64,000 nucleotides of DNA from a virus (Duplodnaviria > Heunggongvirae > Uroviricota > Caudoviricetes): positions 1,334-65,333 of the IMG/VR virus record IMGVR_UViG_3300045996_004585. One strand, given 5' to 3'. Below the pieces are notes generated by a model. It was not told where the DNA came from and searched no databases. It saw nothing but the letters and a program-made list of their open reading frames with translations. This document shows, one piece after another, positions 9,381 through 18,545 of the stretch. Both the position numbers and the translations under genes were made by a program. Position 1 is the first letter of the stretch; every line of letters starts with the position of its first letter.

Positions 9381-9699
9381 TGAGACAATTGTCAGTAAGA
9401 AGGATTTGAAGATCGACTATTTCCGCGCAGGCGGGAATGGTGGCCAGAACCAGAACGCGCGAGACACGGGCGTGCGGATAACGCATCTCGCGAGCGGTGC
9501 GGTAGGCGAAGGTCGCGATTCTCGTTATCAGTTGCAGAATAAGAAGGCTGCATTTCGTCGTATGGCTAAGCATCCCAAGTTTAAGGTTTGGCTTGCCAAG
9601 CAATTAGGGCAAGAGCGCGAAGCCCAGATTCCAACTCGTCGTTACACTTACAAGGCACCCAACATTAGCCTTGAAGGAAGAAAGCTGGATCGAGAGTAA
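9355..9699 (+). CDS. arfB: ArfB/YaeJ-like peptidyl-tRNA hydrolase (RF-1 GGQ domain)
   Basis: DYFRAGGNGGQNQNARDTGVRITH matches the class-I release factor GGQ catalytic domain; basic C-terminal tail as in ArfB. Start set at an internal ATG to avoid a 65-nt overlap. Confidence 0.6.
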   Translation: MEKQTSKYSETIVSKKDLKIDYFRAGGNGGQNQNARDTGVRITHLASGAVGEGRDSRYQLQNKKAAFRRMAKHPKFKVWLAKQLGQEREAQIPTRRYTYKAPNISLEGRKLDRE

Positions 9700-9959
9700 T
9701 GCATCCTCTAGCATCGCGAATGTATCGCGCTTGTCAGGGTGATGACGCATGCCGAGAGCAATACGTAAGTGGCCCATGGAAAGGCGCATGGAGAGATGCT
9801 GTATATAAACGAGCTTATCACCTTGGCGTCGATCCAACACAGAGCCTTGTTCCGGTTGACCATCACCAAGCTGGTAATCCAGATTGGCAAATGGGTTACG
9901 AGGACGGGAAAGGCGATCTAGAACTTTACGAAGCCCAGAGTACCAACAAACTGCCGTGA
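9699..9959 (+). CDS. GY-motif small protein family member
   Basis: AVYKRAYHLGVDPTQ ... WQMGYEDGKGDLELY. Confidence 0.5.
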   Translation: MHPLASRMYRACQGDDACREQYVSGPWKGAWRDAVYKRAYHLGVDPTQSLVPVDHHQAGNPDWQMGYEDGKGDLELYEAQSTNKLP

Positions 9960-9970
9960 GCGCTCGCTAA

Positions 9971-10168
9971 ATGAGTAAGATGGAAAAGCTCAAGTATCCT
10001 CCGTGCAATGTCAACCCCATGACTGAACAGCCGTACACTCGGCACAAGTGGGTAATTGTACCTGAGGCCAAGGCTATTACCAAGCGCACCAGAAAGGGCA
10101 CCCTTGCTTTCTACAAGGTTGCATGCTCCCGTTGCGGCATTAATGACCCACGACCCCCGGCCTATTAG
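9971..10168 (+). CDS. small zinc-ribbon-like protein
   Basis: PPCN ... CSRCG cysteine pairs. Confidence 0.35.
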   Translation: MSKMEKLKYPPCNVNPMTEQPYTRHKWVIVPEAKAITKRTRKGTLAFYKVACSRCGINDPRPPAY

Positions 10169-10171
10169 AGC

Positions 10172-10351
10172 ATGGCTGACACGACATCCAAAGAATGTGG
10201 CCAGTGCATTAAGGAGCGGGTTGCCCAAACGGGCGCACCTGAACCATTGGTGACGCTACCTCGCAGGCTCAAGAACAGCAAGAAAGCTGTTCAAGTCTGC
10301 GGCTGGTGTGATGGCCAAGAGCTACTTGCCATTGCCCTCAAAGACTCTTAA
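10172..10351 (+). CDS. small zinc-ribbon protein (59 aa, below ORF-track cutoff)
   Basis: ATG 4 nt after the previous stop; CGQC ... CGWC motif; read by eye. Confidence 0.25.
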   Translation: MADTTSKECGQCIKERVAQTGAPEPLVTLPRRLKNSKKAVQVCGWCDGQELLAIALKDS

Positions 10352-10365
10352 GGAGCTAGCTTCAA

Positions 10366-10764
10366 ATGACTCGTCAGGACGGTAAGTTCCCGCATGTTCC
10401 GAAGCTCGACATCGATCCAAATGTGTGGCCTGAGAACTATTGGAATCAGAGTCAAATTTGCATAGATTGCGAGATGGCTTGGCCCGCATCGCACTTGTTC
10501 CAACCCTCTGTGTGCTGCGATGCGAAGACACACATCGCAGATGCTCCACCTGACATGCGCTGGCCTGAGGCGGTCACACAGCTTCTTACACGGCGCTTTG
10601 AGCGAGCCTACGAGAGCTACAATGGCGGTATCTCAGATGAAGAGCTAGTCTTAGACGACATCGAGGTTGCACAAGCTGTCGAACAGCTAATTGAAGACAG
10701 CGCCAGCACTTCAAGTCCGTCGCCCGCGCCAGCTAATAGGTGGAGCGAACCACGGAGATACTAG
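10366..10764 (+). CDS. hypothetical Cys-rich acidic protein
   Basis: ORF fills the gap; next start abuts its stop. Confidence 0.4.
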   Translation: MTRQDGKFPHVPKLDIDPNVWPENYWNQSQICIDCEMAWPASHLFQPSVCCDAKTHIADAPPDMRWPEAVTQLLTRRFERAYESYNGGISDEELVLDDIEVAQAVEQLIEDSASTSSPSPAPANRWSEPRRY

Positions 10765-11529
10765 ATGTCAAATGGCTTAGGGCGCAGAACGCCACCCAAT
10801 TTTAGACACGTTTCACTTTTCCCGTATTCGGCATTTGCGCCGGATACGGTAACTGTAGCAGAGCGAGTCACTCAACTGCCTTATTGGCACTGGTCACACG
10901 ATCAGGGTGCCGAGGGCGCATGCGTAGGCTTCGGATCAAGCATGATGATGGCGATTGTCAACCTCATTCAGAGGCGAGACAACAAGCCTGAGCCAATTCG
11001 ACCGTTCGCGGTTCGTTATGACTCATGGTGGCTCTGGGACAGAGCTAAGGAAATCGACTACTGGCCCGACACGAACCCTGGCGACTCTAACGGCACGTCT
11101 GTTAGCGCAGCCATGGATGTTTTGCGCGCACAAGGCCACGTACAGGTACCAAATACCTCTAACGGACGGGCTAGCGATCCATCCCCGCTGATTATCAACG
11201 GCATCCAGATGAACCGTTGGGCACAGACGGTCGATGAGATGCGCACATCTATCGCCAATGGCGTTCCTGTCTCCATCGGAGTGAATTGGTACAGTAATTT
11301 CGACCGCCCGGTTGAGAAGAGCTACAACAACTTCTGGATCGGTGAAGGTTCGCTAGGAAACATCCGTGGAGGCCACTGCGTCTGTGTCTATGGTGTCTCA
11401 GACAAGCGTCAAGCGTTCCGCGTCAAGAACAGTTGGGGTAGAGGCTACCCGCTCGTGTGGATGCCCTACAGCACCATGGCTCGCCTTCTTAACGAGGACG
11501 GCGAGGCGACGATCATCACGGATCGGTAG
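10765..11529 (+). CDS. papain-like (C1-type) cysteine peptidase
   Basis: Nucleophile block GACVGFGSS, His block GGHCVCVYG, and an NSWG motif (KNSWGRGY). The NSWG Asn-Ser-Trp-Gly motif is diagnostic for the papain C1 family. Confidence 0.6.
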   Translation: MSNGLGRRTPPNFRHVSLFPYSAFAPDTVTVAERVTQLPYWHWSHDQGAEGACVGFGSSMMMAIVNLIQRRDNKPEPIRPFAVRYDSWWLWDRAKEIDYWPDTNPGDSNGTSVSAAMDVLRAQGHVQVPNTSNGRASDPSPLIINGIQMNRWAQTVDEMRTSIANGVPVSIGVNWYSNFDRPVEKSYNNFWIGEGSLGNIRGGHCVCVYGVSDKRQAFRVKNSWGRGYPLVWMPYSTMARLLNEDGEATIITDR

Positions 11530-11543
11530 AAAGGGAGTCACCC

Positions 11544-11786
11544 ATGCAGGAGAAAGACCTGTTTGTTATGTTGTCGCACAATCGTTACGCTGACGTGATG
11601 GGATTCGTTCAAGGGCGAATTGAAGTCATGGTTATGGATCGGCACAATTACCCGATGTGGCCTGCTCACGGTGGCAATCCCACAGATTCATTCGAAGAGG
11701 ATTTCCATGGTCGAAGTCGGCGCGTCTATTACGAGGCGACTAAGGACTTGATCTACGTATTGCGACAGCTTAGAAAAATCACATAG
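11544..11786 (+). CDS. hypothetical protein
   Basis: RBS AAGGGAG upstream. Confidence 0.4.
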   Translation: MQEKDLFVMLSHNRYADVMGFVQGRIEVMVMDRHNYPMWPAHGGNPTDSFEEDFHGRSRRVYYEATKDLIYVLRQLRKIT

Positions 11787-11825
11787 CTGCGGTGTAATAG
11801 GTGGAAGCTTCTAACAGGATGAGAC

Positions 11826-12197
11826 ATGGCTAGACGAGTAGGCGACAAGAATCAATTTTGGAACAACGTTGCTGTAGGTTCGAACGCAACCTCAGCAACG
11901 GTGAGGCTACCCCATTCTGTGGGCACCTTGGCTCTGTTCCTCACAACCAACGGTGCGACAACGATTAAGTTGCAAGCAGCACATCCCGGCGACCTATCAA
12001 GCTCAGGAAACGAGCCAGATACCGCCGACACAGTTTGGCATGACGCCTACCTCCTAGGTGCAGGCCAGATTCAGCACGTATTCGCTGGTGCAGGCTCTGC
12101 CGTCCTGGTAGTTCCTGACGCAGCTTTCGTGCATGTGAGGCTCCACAACCTAACAGCGGCAACGATCACGGCAGGTTGGCTAGGTATGCCTGAGTAG
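11826..12197 (+). CDS. hypothetical (possible virion) protein
   Basis: Leads the putative structural block; no recognisable motif. Confidence 0.4.
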   Translation: MARRVGDKNQFWNNVAVGSNATSATVRLPHSVGTLALFLTTNGATTIKLQAAHPGDLSSSGNEPDTADTVWHDAYLLGAGQIQHVFAGAGSAVLVVPDAAFVHVRLHNLTAATITAGWLGMPE

Positions 12198-12247
12198 GCA
12201 GACCTGTAAAATGCTCAGCAGCAACCACATAATCTACGAGGATATCT

Positions 12248-12817
12248 ATGGCAACTTGGACTTTAAACGCACGACTCACTAACTCGACTGACCTTTTGGT
12301 TGGTGCGACTGACCGTATCTGGTGGAGCGGCAGTGCAACTGACCCGACTGTGAACATCGTAGTCGGCAGCTACAACGACGGCACGCACGTCACCAACTCT
12401 TCTGACGTTCACCAGTGTACTACAAACCACGTTAACAACACGAAGTGGCTTGCAGACTCAGGCGCATCTTCAGTGAGCTTGAACGGCGCAGCAGCATCCA
12501 ACGTTACAGCGCTGACCACAGGTAACGCGGGGCTTCGCTTCAACTTTTCAGATGCAGCGTCAGTCGCGACATCTAACGGCAAGTTCTATGCTTACGATGG
12601 CACCACAGATGCAACAGCGATGGTCGGAGTAACCTTCAAGGCACTAGAGTCATCTGTTTCTTCCGCCTGGGTAACCGCCAACGGTTCAGCCGCAGCGCTA
12701 TCGCTCGCAGACGACACAGCAGCTACGTCACACGATTACTACATCGCAACAAGCATTTCACCCACATCAACCGGAGCTAAGACTGGCAAGATCAAGATCA
12801 GTCTTACGTATGTCTAA
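12248..12817 (+). CDS. hypothetical (possible virion) protein, Ser/Thr/Ala-rich
   Basis: RBS GAGGA upstream; composition typical of small beta-rich structural proteins. Confidence 0.4.
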   Translation: MATWTLNARLTNSTDLLVGATDRIWWSGSATDPTVNIVVGSYNDGTHVTNSSDVHQCTTNHVNNTKWLADSGASSVSLNGAAASNVTALTTGNAGLRFNFSDAASVATSNGKFYAYDGTTDATAMVGVTFKALESSVSSAWVTANGSAAALSLADDTAATSHDYYIATSISPTSTGAKTGKIKISLTYV

Positions 12818-13116
12818 TGGCTAGCATCAAGGCAGGACTTTACAGCGTAGATGAGCTTCTCAAGACAGCTAATTTTGACTTTGAAAAGGAGTCAGCAGCC
12901 GAGTACAATGGTGGCGCACCTGATTTCCGTCGAGTCAAGGTTGGCGGTCTAAGCTTTGACAGTCTTGACCGTCAGGTCAACGTTCCGGTCACAGCCGACA
13001 CAGTTACAGTCACTCTTGACGGCAAGAAGGTCGCAGAGTTGAGTGTCGAGCTAGACGATGAGCAAAAGGCCGAGCGCAAGCTCAGTCTAGAAACGGCAGC
13101 TAACGCGGAAGAGTAA
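12817..13116 (+). CDS. hypothetical protein
   Basis: TAATG overlap with the upstream gene. Confidence 0.4.
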   Translation: MASIKAGLYSVDELLKTANFDFEKESAAEYNGGAPDFRRVKVGGLSFDSLDRQVNVPVTADTVTVTLDGKKVAELSVELDDEQKAERKLSLETAANAEE

Positions 13117-13118
13117 GC

Positions 13119-14066
13119 GTGAAACGGGTTCTGGCAATTGCTAGCGCAGGGCTGGTTCTCTTTATCTCGGGCGCAGTTACTAGCGCCGTCGCTTCTCACT
13201 TTCTAACTGAGCTACACGTAGTTGATCCTCCTGCCATGACCACCGCTGTGATGATTGGCAAGCAGGTTCGCACAGTCGTACAAGACCCGCCGCCGATCAC
13301 CGTAACTGATTCGGACGAGGTTCAGCATGATACGACCACGGTGACAGTCACGGGGACTACAACTACGACCACCACTACGACTGAGCCTCCCCCGCCGACC
13401 ACTACTGTTCCTAGTGGAACGGTTCTTCCGGCTGGCTTTACAGGTGTGTATTTCCCTGTAACTGGCGAGACTCTTTCTTGTGCAGCGCCCCTCAACTACG
13501 TCACGATCAGGGTCAACAATCCTGGCGTGACGATTCAGGATTGTGACATTAGGGGTGCGGCGCAGGGACGTTCGCGTCCCGGTATGATTGAGGTTTACGC
13601 AAGCAGCCTTACGATCCGCAACGTCACTCTCCGAGGCGATGGCGCACAGCAGGCGCAGGGAGTCTATTCAACGGCCAACTCTGGTCTGAACGTAGATGGC
13701 CTGACCTGTCTTGACCCTGGCATCGACACCCGTTACGATCACTGCATCTATTTCGGCAGCAACACGACCAACTTCGTCGTGAACAACCTGCGCGGCACTG
13801 CCCGCTACGGCGGGATGCTTCATCTCTATCCCGGTGGGTCTACCGGCACGGTTCGTAACAGCGATCTTGGGGCTTCCGTTTGGAACGTCATTTCGTCTGG
13901 CGCGGGCAACAATGTTACGGTGGAGAATTCGAACCTCCACCACGCCACTGAGTACGCCGCTTATGCGCGTGATTCGGGCGTAATCACGCTCCGCAACTCC
14001 ACGGTCTGCGGCCCGCGTTCAGGCGCTATTGACGGTGGCGGCAACACCTTCAGTCAGACCTGTTAA
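13119..14066 (+). CDS. membrane-anchored right-handed beta-helix (pectate-lyase-fold) protein
   Basis: GTG start; N-terminal signal/TM (LAIASAGLVLFISGAVTSAVA); Thr/Pro-rich linker (TTTTTTTTTEPPPPTTT); repeated N-x-T/Asn-ladder beta-helix coils (NNPGVTIQDCDIRG, NVTLRGDG, NVTVENSNLHH). Confidence 0.55.
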   Translation: MKRVLAIASAGLVLFISGAVTSAVASHFLTELHVVDPPAMTTAVMIGKQVRTVVQDPPPITVTDSDEVQHDTTTVTVTGTTTTTTTTTEPPPPTTTVPSGTVLPAGFTGVYFPVTGETLSCAAPLNYVTIRVNNPGVTIQDCDIRGAAQGRSRPGMIEVYASSLTIRNVTLRGDGAQQAQGVYSTANSGLNVDGLTCLDPGIDTRYDHCIYFGSNTTNFVVNNLRGTARYGGMLHLYPGGSTGTVRNSDLGASVWNVISSGAGNNVTVENSNLHHATEYAAYARDSGVITLRNSTVCGPRSGAIDGGGNTFSQTC

Positions 14067-14142
14067 GCACGAACAGCCCTAATTTGCCAGTCTCTACACG
14101 CACGTAACAAGTAGAAACTACAACTTAGGAAAGGCACGGATA

Positions 14143-14613
14143 ATGGCCGACGCCGATGTAAGATGGGTAGCTACCCTCTCTGATGGGACAACTGCCGTAG
14201 AACACGCAGGAGAATACCAGATCGTTCCAGGGCAACGTAAGCCCTGGGTTAGGCTTTGCGAGTACGCAGCCGAGAACGATCTACACCTAACATCGCTCCG
14301 CTTGAATTTTCGAGGGCGCACGGTTCACATGCCGAGGCCGAAGTTTGATCGCTTCAGCTTCAATGAGAACAATCGTGCGCCCTTTTCTTATTCTCTTCAG
14401 TACCATATTGAAGGTGAAATGGGCGGGAGTGATATGGCACTAAGTCAAACGACCTTTATTGATCTTGCTGCGCACTATGAGACGCTAACGGTTCATTATG
14501 TTCAAGAGTTGGGTGACGGTAACAATAGTTGGGTAGTTGTTACAGAAAATGACAGGCCATTGGCTGAAACACCCAGGAGAACTAATGAACTGGAAGAACC
14601 TACAACGAGCTAA
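14143..14613 (+). CDS. hypothetical protein
   Basis: RBS AGGAAAGG upstream. Confidence 0.4.
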   Translation: MADADVRWVATLSDGTTAVEHAGEYQIVPGQRKPWVRLCEYAAENDLHLTSLRLNFRGRTVHMPRPKFDRFSFNENNRAPFSYSLQYHIEGEMGGSDMALSQTTFIDLAAHYETLTVHYVQELGDGNNSWVVVTENDRPLAETPRRTNELEEPTTS

Positions 14614-14636
14614 TCAACTAGCTAGGCTCGCCTAGC

Positions 14637-14951
14637 ATGGCTCTCGTTAACTGGTATCCCGCAGGCGCACCTGCTTGGCCACCCCCAGGCTATTCTCGGT
14701 TGGAATTTTCCAGCCTCGCTACTCTAGAAGCTTGGGCACGAAGGGCTATTGCAGATGGCATAGCAGACATCGACAACCCGACTAACCCAGAGCGCACAGC
14801 GATGATTACGCCCGCGCGTTGTAATCTGGGTCATACAGTCACTGCGCGCATGCTTGTTATTGGTGGATTGAGATACCCCTTTGCCCGATGCGACGACGCA
14901 ATCCATCGGGAATTCTTGGTTCCTTGGGCACCATACTTCTGGGGTTCTTAA
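14637..14951 (+). CDS. hypothetical protein
   Basis: Immediately precedes the large fibre gene (TAAATG junction). Confidence 0.4.
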   Translation: MALVNWYPAGAPAWPPPGYSRLEFSSLATLEAWARRAIADGIADIDNPTNPERTAMITPARCNLGHTVTARMLVIGGLRYPFARCDDAIHREFLVPWAPYFWGS

Positions 14952-17900
14952 ATGGCAGTCGTACACGCAGACGGATTTGAACACGGCTTAACTAACTCTG
15001 CCGGTGGTTACATCTGTGACAGCATCGTGCAAGGCCCAGGTTCACTCATGTCTATGGATACGAGTGTCTTTAAGCATGGTGCCTATTCGTTTAAGACAGT
15101 AATCACAAATGTAGCCAACAGTCCTGGATATCTCTATTCGGCAGGATTGGGTGGCACTGGTGAGTCTACTATGTCAGGGCAGATGCGCTTCAGTGCAACG
15201 CCCACAACGCGCTCTCCTATCTTTGATTACTTCTTGGACTCTGGTTACCTTCGCCTATTCCTTGAAACTAACGGATCGGTTACCCTAGAGTTCCCCACTG
15301 GTTCAGGCCAGGTTACTTCACCTGTTTTGGCCACCAATACGTTCCACTTGATCGAGATTATGGCAGATACAAGTGGAACAGCTTGGACAGCCCAATTAAG
15401 GGTTAATGGTTCTACGATCAGTGGGCAAACCACCTTTAGTGCTGCTGCGGGTCAGATGACCTATGACATGTCCATCGGTGGCGATACGACGAATGGCACA
15501 GCTAAAGGTGCCTTCACGGTATATTGGGATGACCTTGTTATCACTGATGCCTTTGCAGATTTCCCGCTGGGCGAGTATGACATCAAGGGGTATACGGTTG
15601 ACTCTGTAGGCACGCACAACCTTGATACCACACCATCGCTTCACTTCTTCAAGCACGACAATACCACCAGAACAGCACTAACGTCGAGCGAGACTACCTC
15701 GTATCAGATGATCGATGATTCGCCGATGTCTGTTTCTCTCTTTGAAGATCGCGTTCAAATTGAGTCCTACGCTGGCACTCCTACGCTTCCCACCTGGGTG
15801 GGCGCATCAACGCCCACGAGCAGCGCGTCTTCTTTCTCTCTTCCTATCCCCACTGGCACCCAGGATGGCGATATCCTTATCGCCATCATAGAGAGCGCCA
15901 ACCAGACTGCCGCCACACTATCAGGCGGCAACCAGACGTGGACTGAAATTGATACTGTCGGTGGTATTGGCGTCAATGCCTTCGGTGCTACTTCAACACG
16001 TATCCAGGCGTTCTGGGCGCGACGTGGTGCTACTGCACCCACATCTCCCACTGTTTCAGACACAACTGACCACCAGCACGGTGTCATGGTCGCGTTCCGC
16101 GACTGTATCGCTACAGGCAGCCCTATTGGCGACTCTGAGCCAAGTTCAGAAGCAGCAGTCGATACATCTGGATCAGCAACAGGAATCACAACGCCGACTG
16201 CGAACGAGATGGTTTGTTTGGCAGTTGGTACGTCGCTTCCTGATGCTTCAAGCACAGCCGCTAATATCTTCAGCGCGCACGCCTGTGCTTCACTTACTTC
16301 GATCACTGAGCGCGTAGACGCCTCAACCAACGCCGGTAATGGTGGTGGTCTTAACTTCATGCACGGTGCCAAGGCAACCGCTGGCGCAACGGGTGCGATC
16401 ACTTTCACATCACCTTCGGCTGCCAAGGCAATGATGGTGTTCTCGCTTAAGGGTGCCACACCGCTCGTGCATCCAGCTAACACCACCTATGTTGAATACA
16501 ATGTCGCCAATAGCGTCGAGGCGACTTCTCCCGCCTTCATCATTGGTCTTGCTGGTGTAAGCTCATCAGGAGCAGGCTCATCAGCGACCGTTAAGTTGCG
16601 TGATTCCTCCGCAGACACCAACCTCTTCACTGGAACCCTCTCTAACGTCATCCAAGTAAAGGGTGGCATCTGGGAGTTAGCTCCGTCAGGATCAGGTTGG
16701 ACAGATGCGCTCTTTGATTCACTCAAGATTCGGTTTGGTTTCACCAACACTGTCCCAGATATTGCCCATTTGCAGGCTGTTTCTATTCAGGCCGGGTTTC
16801 CTGTATCTGCTCTCACTAGTAACACCACTCGTGATGTTCGGGTAACTGGTAAGGCCGACTCTAACGCTGCTTTTGATGCCCGTGCAACAGGACAGGCAAC
16901 CTCCGACACGAGCAGAGATGTTAGAGTCACAGGCTCAGTTGCAGCTAGTGAGTCCGATACCACTCGTGATGCGCGCGTCACAGGTGATCCTTTCACCTTT
17001 GCTCAGGGACGCCTCCCCGCCGAGTCAAACACAGTCGGCCCACACAAGGCACCAAACGGCAACTTCTACACTGTGCTTTCGAGAAATGGTTTACAGACTC
17101 GCTACCAGATGTTCAAGGCATCTGATCCCACAAGCACATGGACAGCAGTTGGCGGTACTCTCAGCCCCACAGTCCCCGTAAGCAATCTTAACTCGTCTAC
17201 TGGATATGCCACCCATCTCAGCGGCACAGTAATTCATGTAGCTCAGGCCATTCTAAATGGGCAGGTATTGTATAGCGCCTTTGATACAGCATCCGATACA
17301 TGGACAGTCACAAATGAAGTAATTTCAGCAGGCGCTGACCCACAAAGTTTCGCTGGTGTAGCAATCGCGGTGCGCTCTGATGGTGACGTGATTGTACTTT
17401 ATGGTGAAGCCAGTGGTGGTGCCGAAAATGTTTACTACGCTCGCAGAGAAAGCGAATCATGGACAGCAGACATCGCCGTAAACAGTAGCGGCTCTTCCTG
17501 GGCTGGCGCAGCTATTCTTGCTGCATCTGATCGCATCCACCTTGTTTACCGCGATGGTCTTGCGATCAAAGCCAGAACGCTCTCGTCAGCGAACGCTCTA
17601 GGCACAGAAACAACATTGGCTTCAGATTCAGTAGACCAGTTAACAGGAAATGGTGTAAGTTGGAGTAGCGGAACTAAGCTAGCAGTAATCTTCCCTCAGG
17701 ATGCCACCAATAGACTCAAGATCGCTACCTGGGATGATGGCGCTACGCCGACTAACATTGCCGACACCGTGATTAGTGCTGCTGGGGTGGGCGCAGACGA
17801 TGGGCCACTTGCAGCATTGGCTGTTGACGGCACCATTCTGCACACATTGTTTTCAGATGAGGCAACCAGCGACCTGTTCCGTGATTCCAATCTAGGTTCA

Positions 17901-18545
17901 GGTTGGGGTACCGATGTAGAGATTGCAGACAACGTTACGGTGCGAAAGATCAGCGCAAATGTCTACGACAGGTCTGGCACTAAGCTTGCCTACTTGTGGG
18001 ATAACAATGGCACTGTTACCTACAGTGAAATTTCTCTTAGTTCAAGTGAAACCAGAGATGTGCGCGCTACGGGACAAGCTACCTCTGATGTTTCTTTTGA
18101 TGCACACACTACAGGTGAGGCCACAAGCTCTGACACTCGTGATATCCGTGTTGTAGGTGAGGCACCACCAGTCGTTCAGACCCTTATTCCCACGTCAGAT
18201 GTATCTACTGGAACTTGGGGAAGCACCCCACTCTATGCAAAGCTGGATGAGTCTGTGGCAGACGACAATGATTTTGTAACCACGCCTAATACCTCAACCT
18301 TCGAAGTAACATTTACGGTAGGCGATATTCCAGTCAGTGGAACCACAACGATTTACTACAGGATAGGCAAGACGAGTGCAGGTGGAACCATTGATTTCCT
18401 TGTTCAACTAATGGATGGCGCGACAGAGATTGATCAGTGGACTCACAATAATGTGGCAGAAGGTTTCACTACGTTTTCACAAGAAGTTATAGACCTTTAT
18501 GACGTAGATGACCTTCGTCTCGTAATTACGGGAACGGTAAGTTAA
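14952..18545 (+). CDS. large tail fibre / receptor-binding protein (1197 aa)
   Basis: Ser/Thr/Gly-rich; Asp-box-like segments (SDPTSTWTAV, SESWTADIAV); copies of the TRDVRVTG-x-ADS repeat; C-terminal module shared with the next gene. Confidence 0.6.
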   Translation: MAVVHADGFEHGLTNSAGGYICDSIVQGPGSLMSMDTSVFKHGAYSFKTVITNVANSPGYLYSAGLGGTGESTMSGQMRFSATPTTRSPIFDYFLDSGYLRLFLETNGSVTLEFPTGSGQVTSPVLATNTFHLIEIMADTSGTAWTAQLRVNGSTISGQTTFSAAAGQMTYDMSIGGDTTNGTAKGAFTVYWDDLVITDAFADFPLGEYDIKGYTVDSVGTHNLDTTPSLHFFKHDNTTRTALTSSETTSYQMIDDSPMSVSLFEDRVQIESYAGTPTLPTWVGASTPTSSASSFSLPIPTGTQDGDILIAIIESANQTAATLSGGNQTWTEIDTVGGIGVNAFGATSTRIQAFWARRGATAPTSPTVSDTTDHQHGVMVAFRDCIATGSPIGDSEPSSEAAVDTSGSATGITTPTANEMVCLAVGTSLPDASSTAANIFSAHACASLTSITERVDASTNAGNGGGLNFMHGAKATAGATGAITFTSPSAAKAMMVFSLKGATPLVHPANTTYVEYNVANSVEATSPAFIIGLAGVSSSGAGSSATVKLRDSSADTNLFTGTLSNVIQVKGGIWELAPSGSGWTDALFDSLKIRFGFTNTVPDIAHLQAVSIQAGFPVSALTSNTTRDVRVTGKADSNAAFDARATGQATSDTSRDVRVTGSVAASESDTTRDARVTGDPFTFAQGRLPAESNTVGPHKAPNGNFYTVLSRNGLQTRYQMFKASDPTSTWTAVGGTLSPTVPVSNLNSSTGYATHLSGTVIHVAQAILNGQVLYSAFDTASDTWTVTNEVISAGADPQSFAGVAIAVRSDGDVIVLYGEASGGAENVYYARRESESWTADIAVNSSGSSWAGAAILAASDRIHLVYRDGLAIKARTLSSANALGTETTLASDSVDQLTGNGVSWSSGTKLAVIFPQDATNRLKIATWDDGATPTNIADTVISAAGVGADDGPLAALAVDGTILHTLFSDEATSDLFRDSNLGSGWGTDVEIADNVTVRKISANVYDRSGTKLAYLWDNNGTVTYSEISLSSSETRDVRATGQATSDVSFDAHTTGEATSSDTRDIRVVGEAPPVVQTLIPTSDVSTGTWGSTPLYAKLDESVADDNDFVTTPNTSTFEVTFTVGDIPVSGTTTIYYRIGKTSAGGTIDFLVQLMDGATEIDQWTHNNVAEGFTTFSQEVIDLYDVDDLRLVITGTVS

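Noticed and set aside
15767-16486. 239-aa minus-strand ORF inside the 1197-aa fibre gene
   Set aside because: Ala/Val/Pro-rich shadow of a Ser/Thr/Gly-rich coding region. The + strand ORF is 3.6 kb and uninterrupted.
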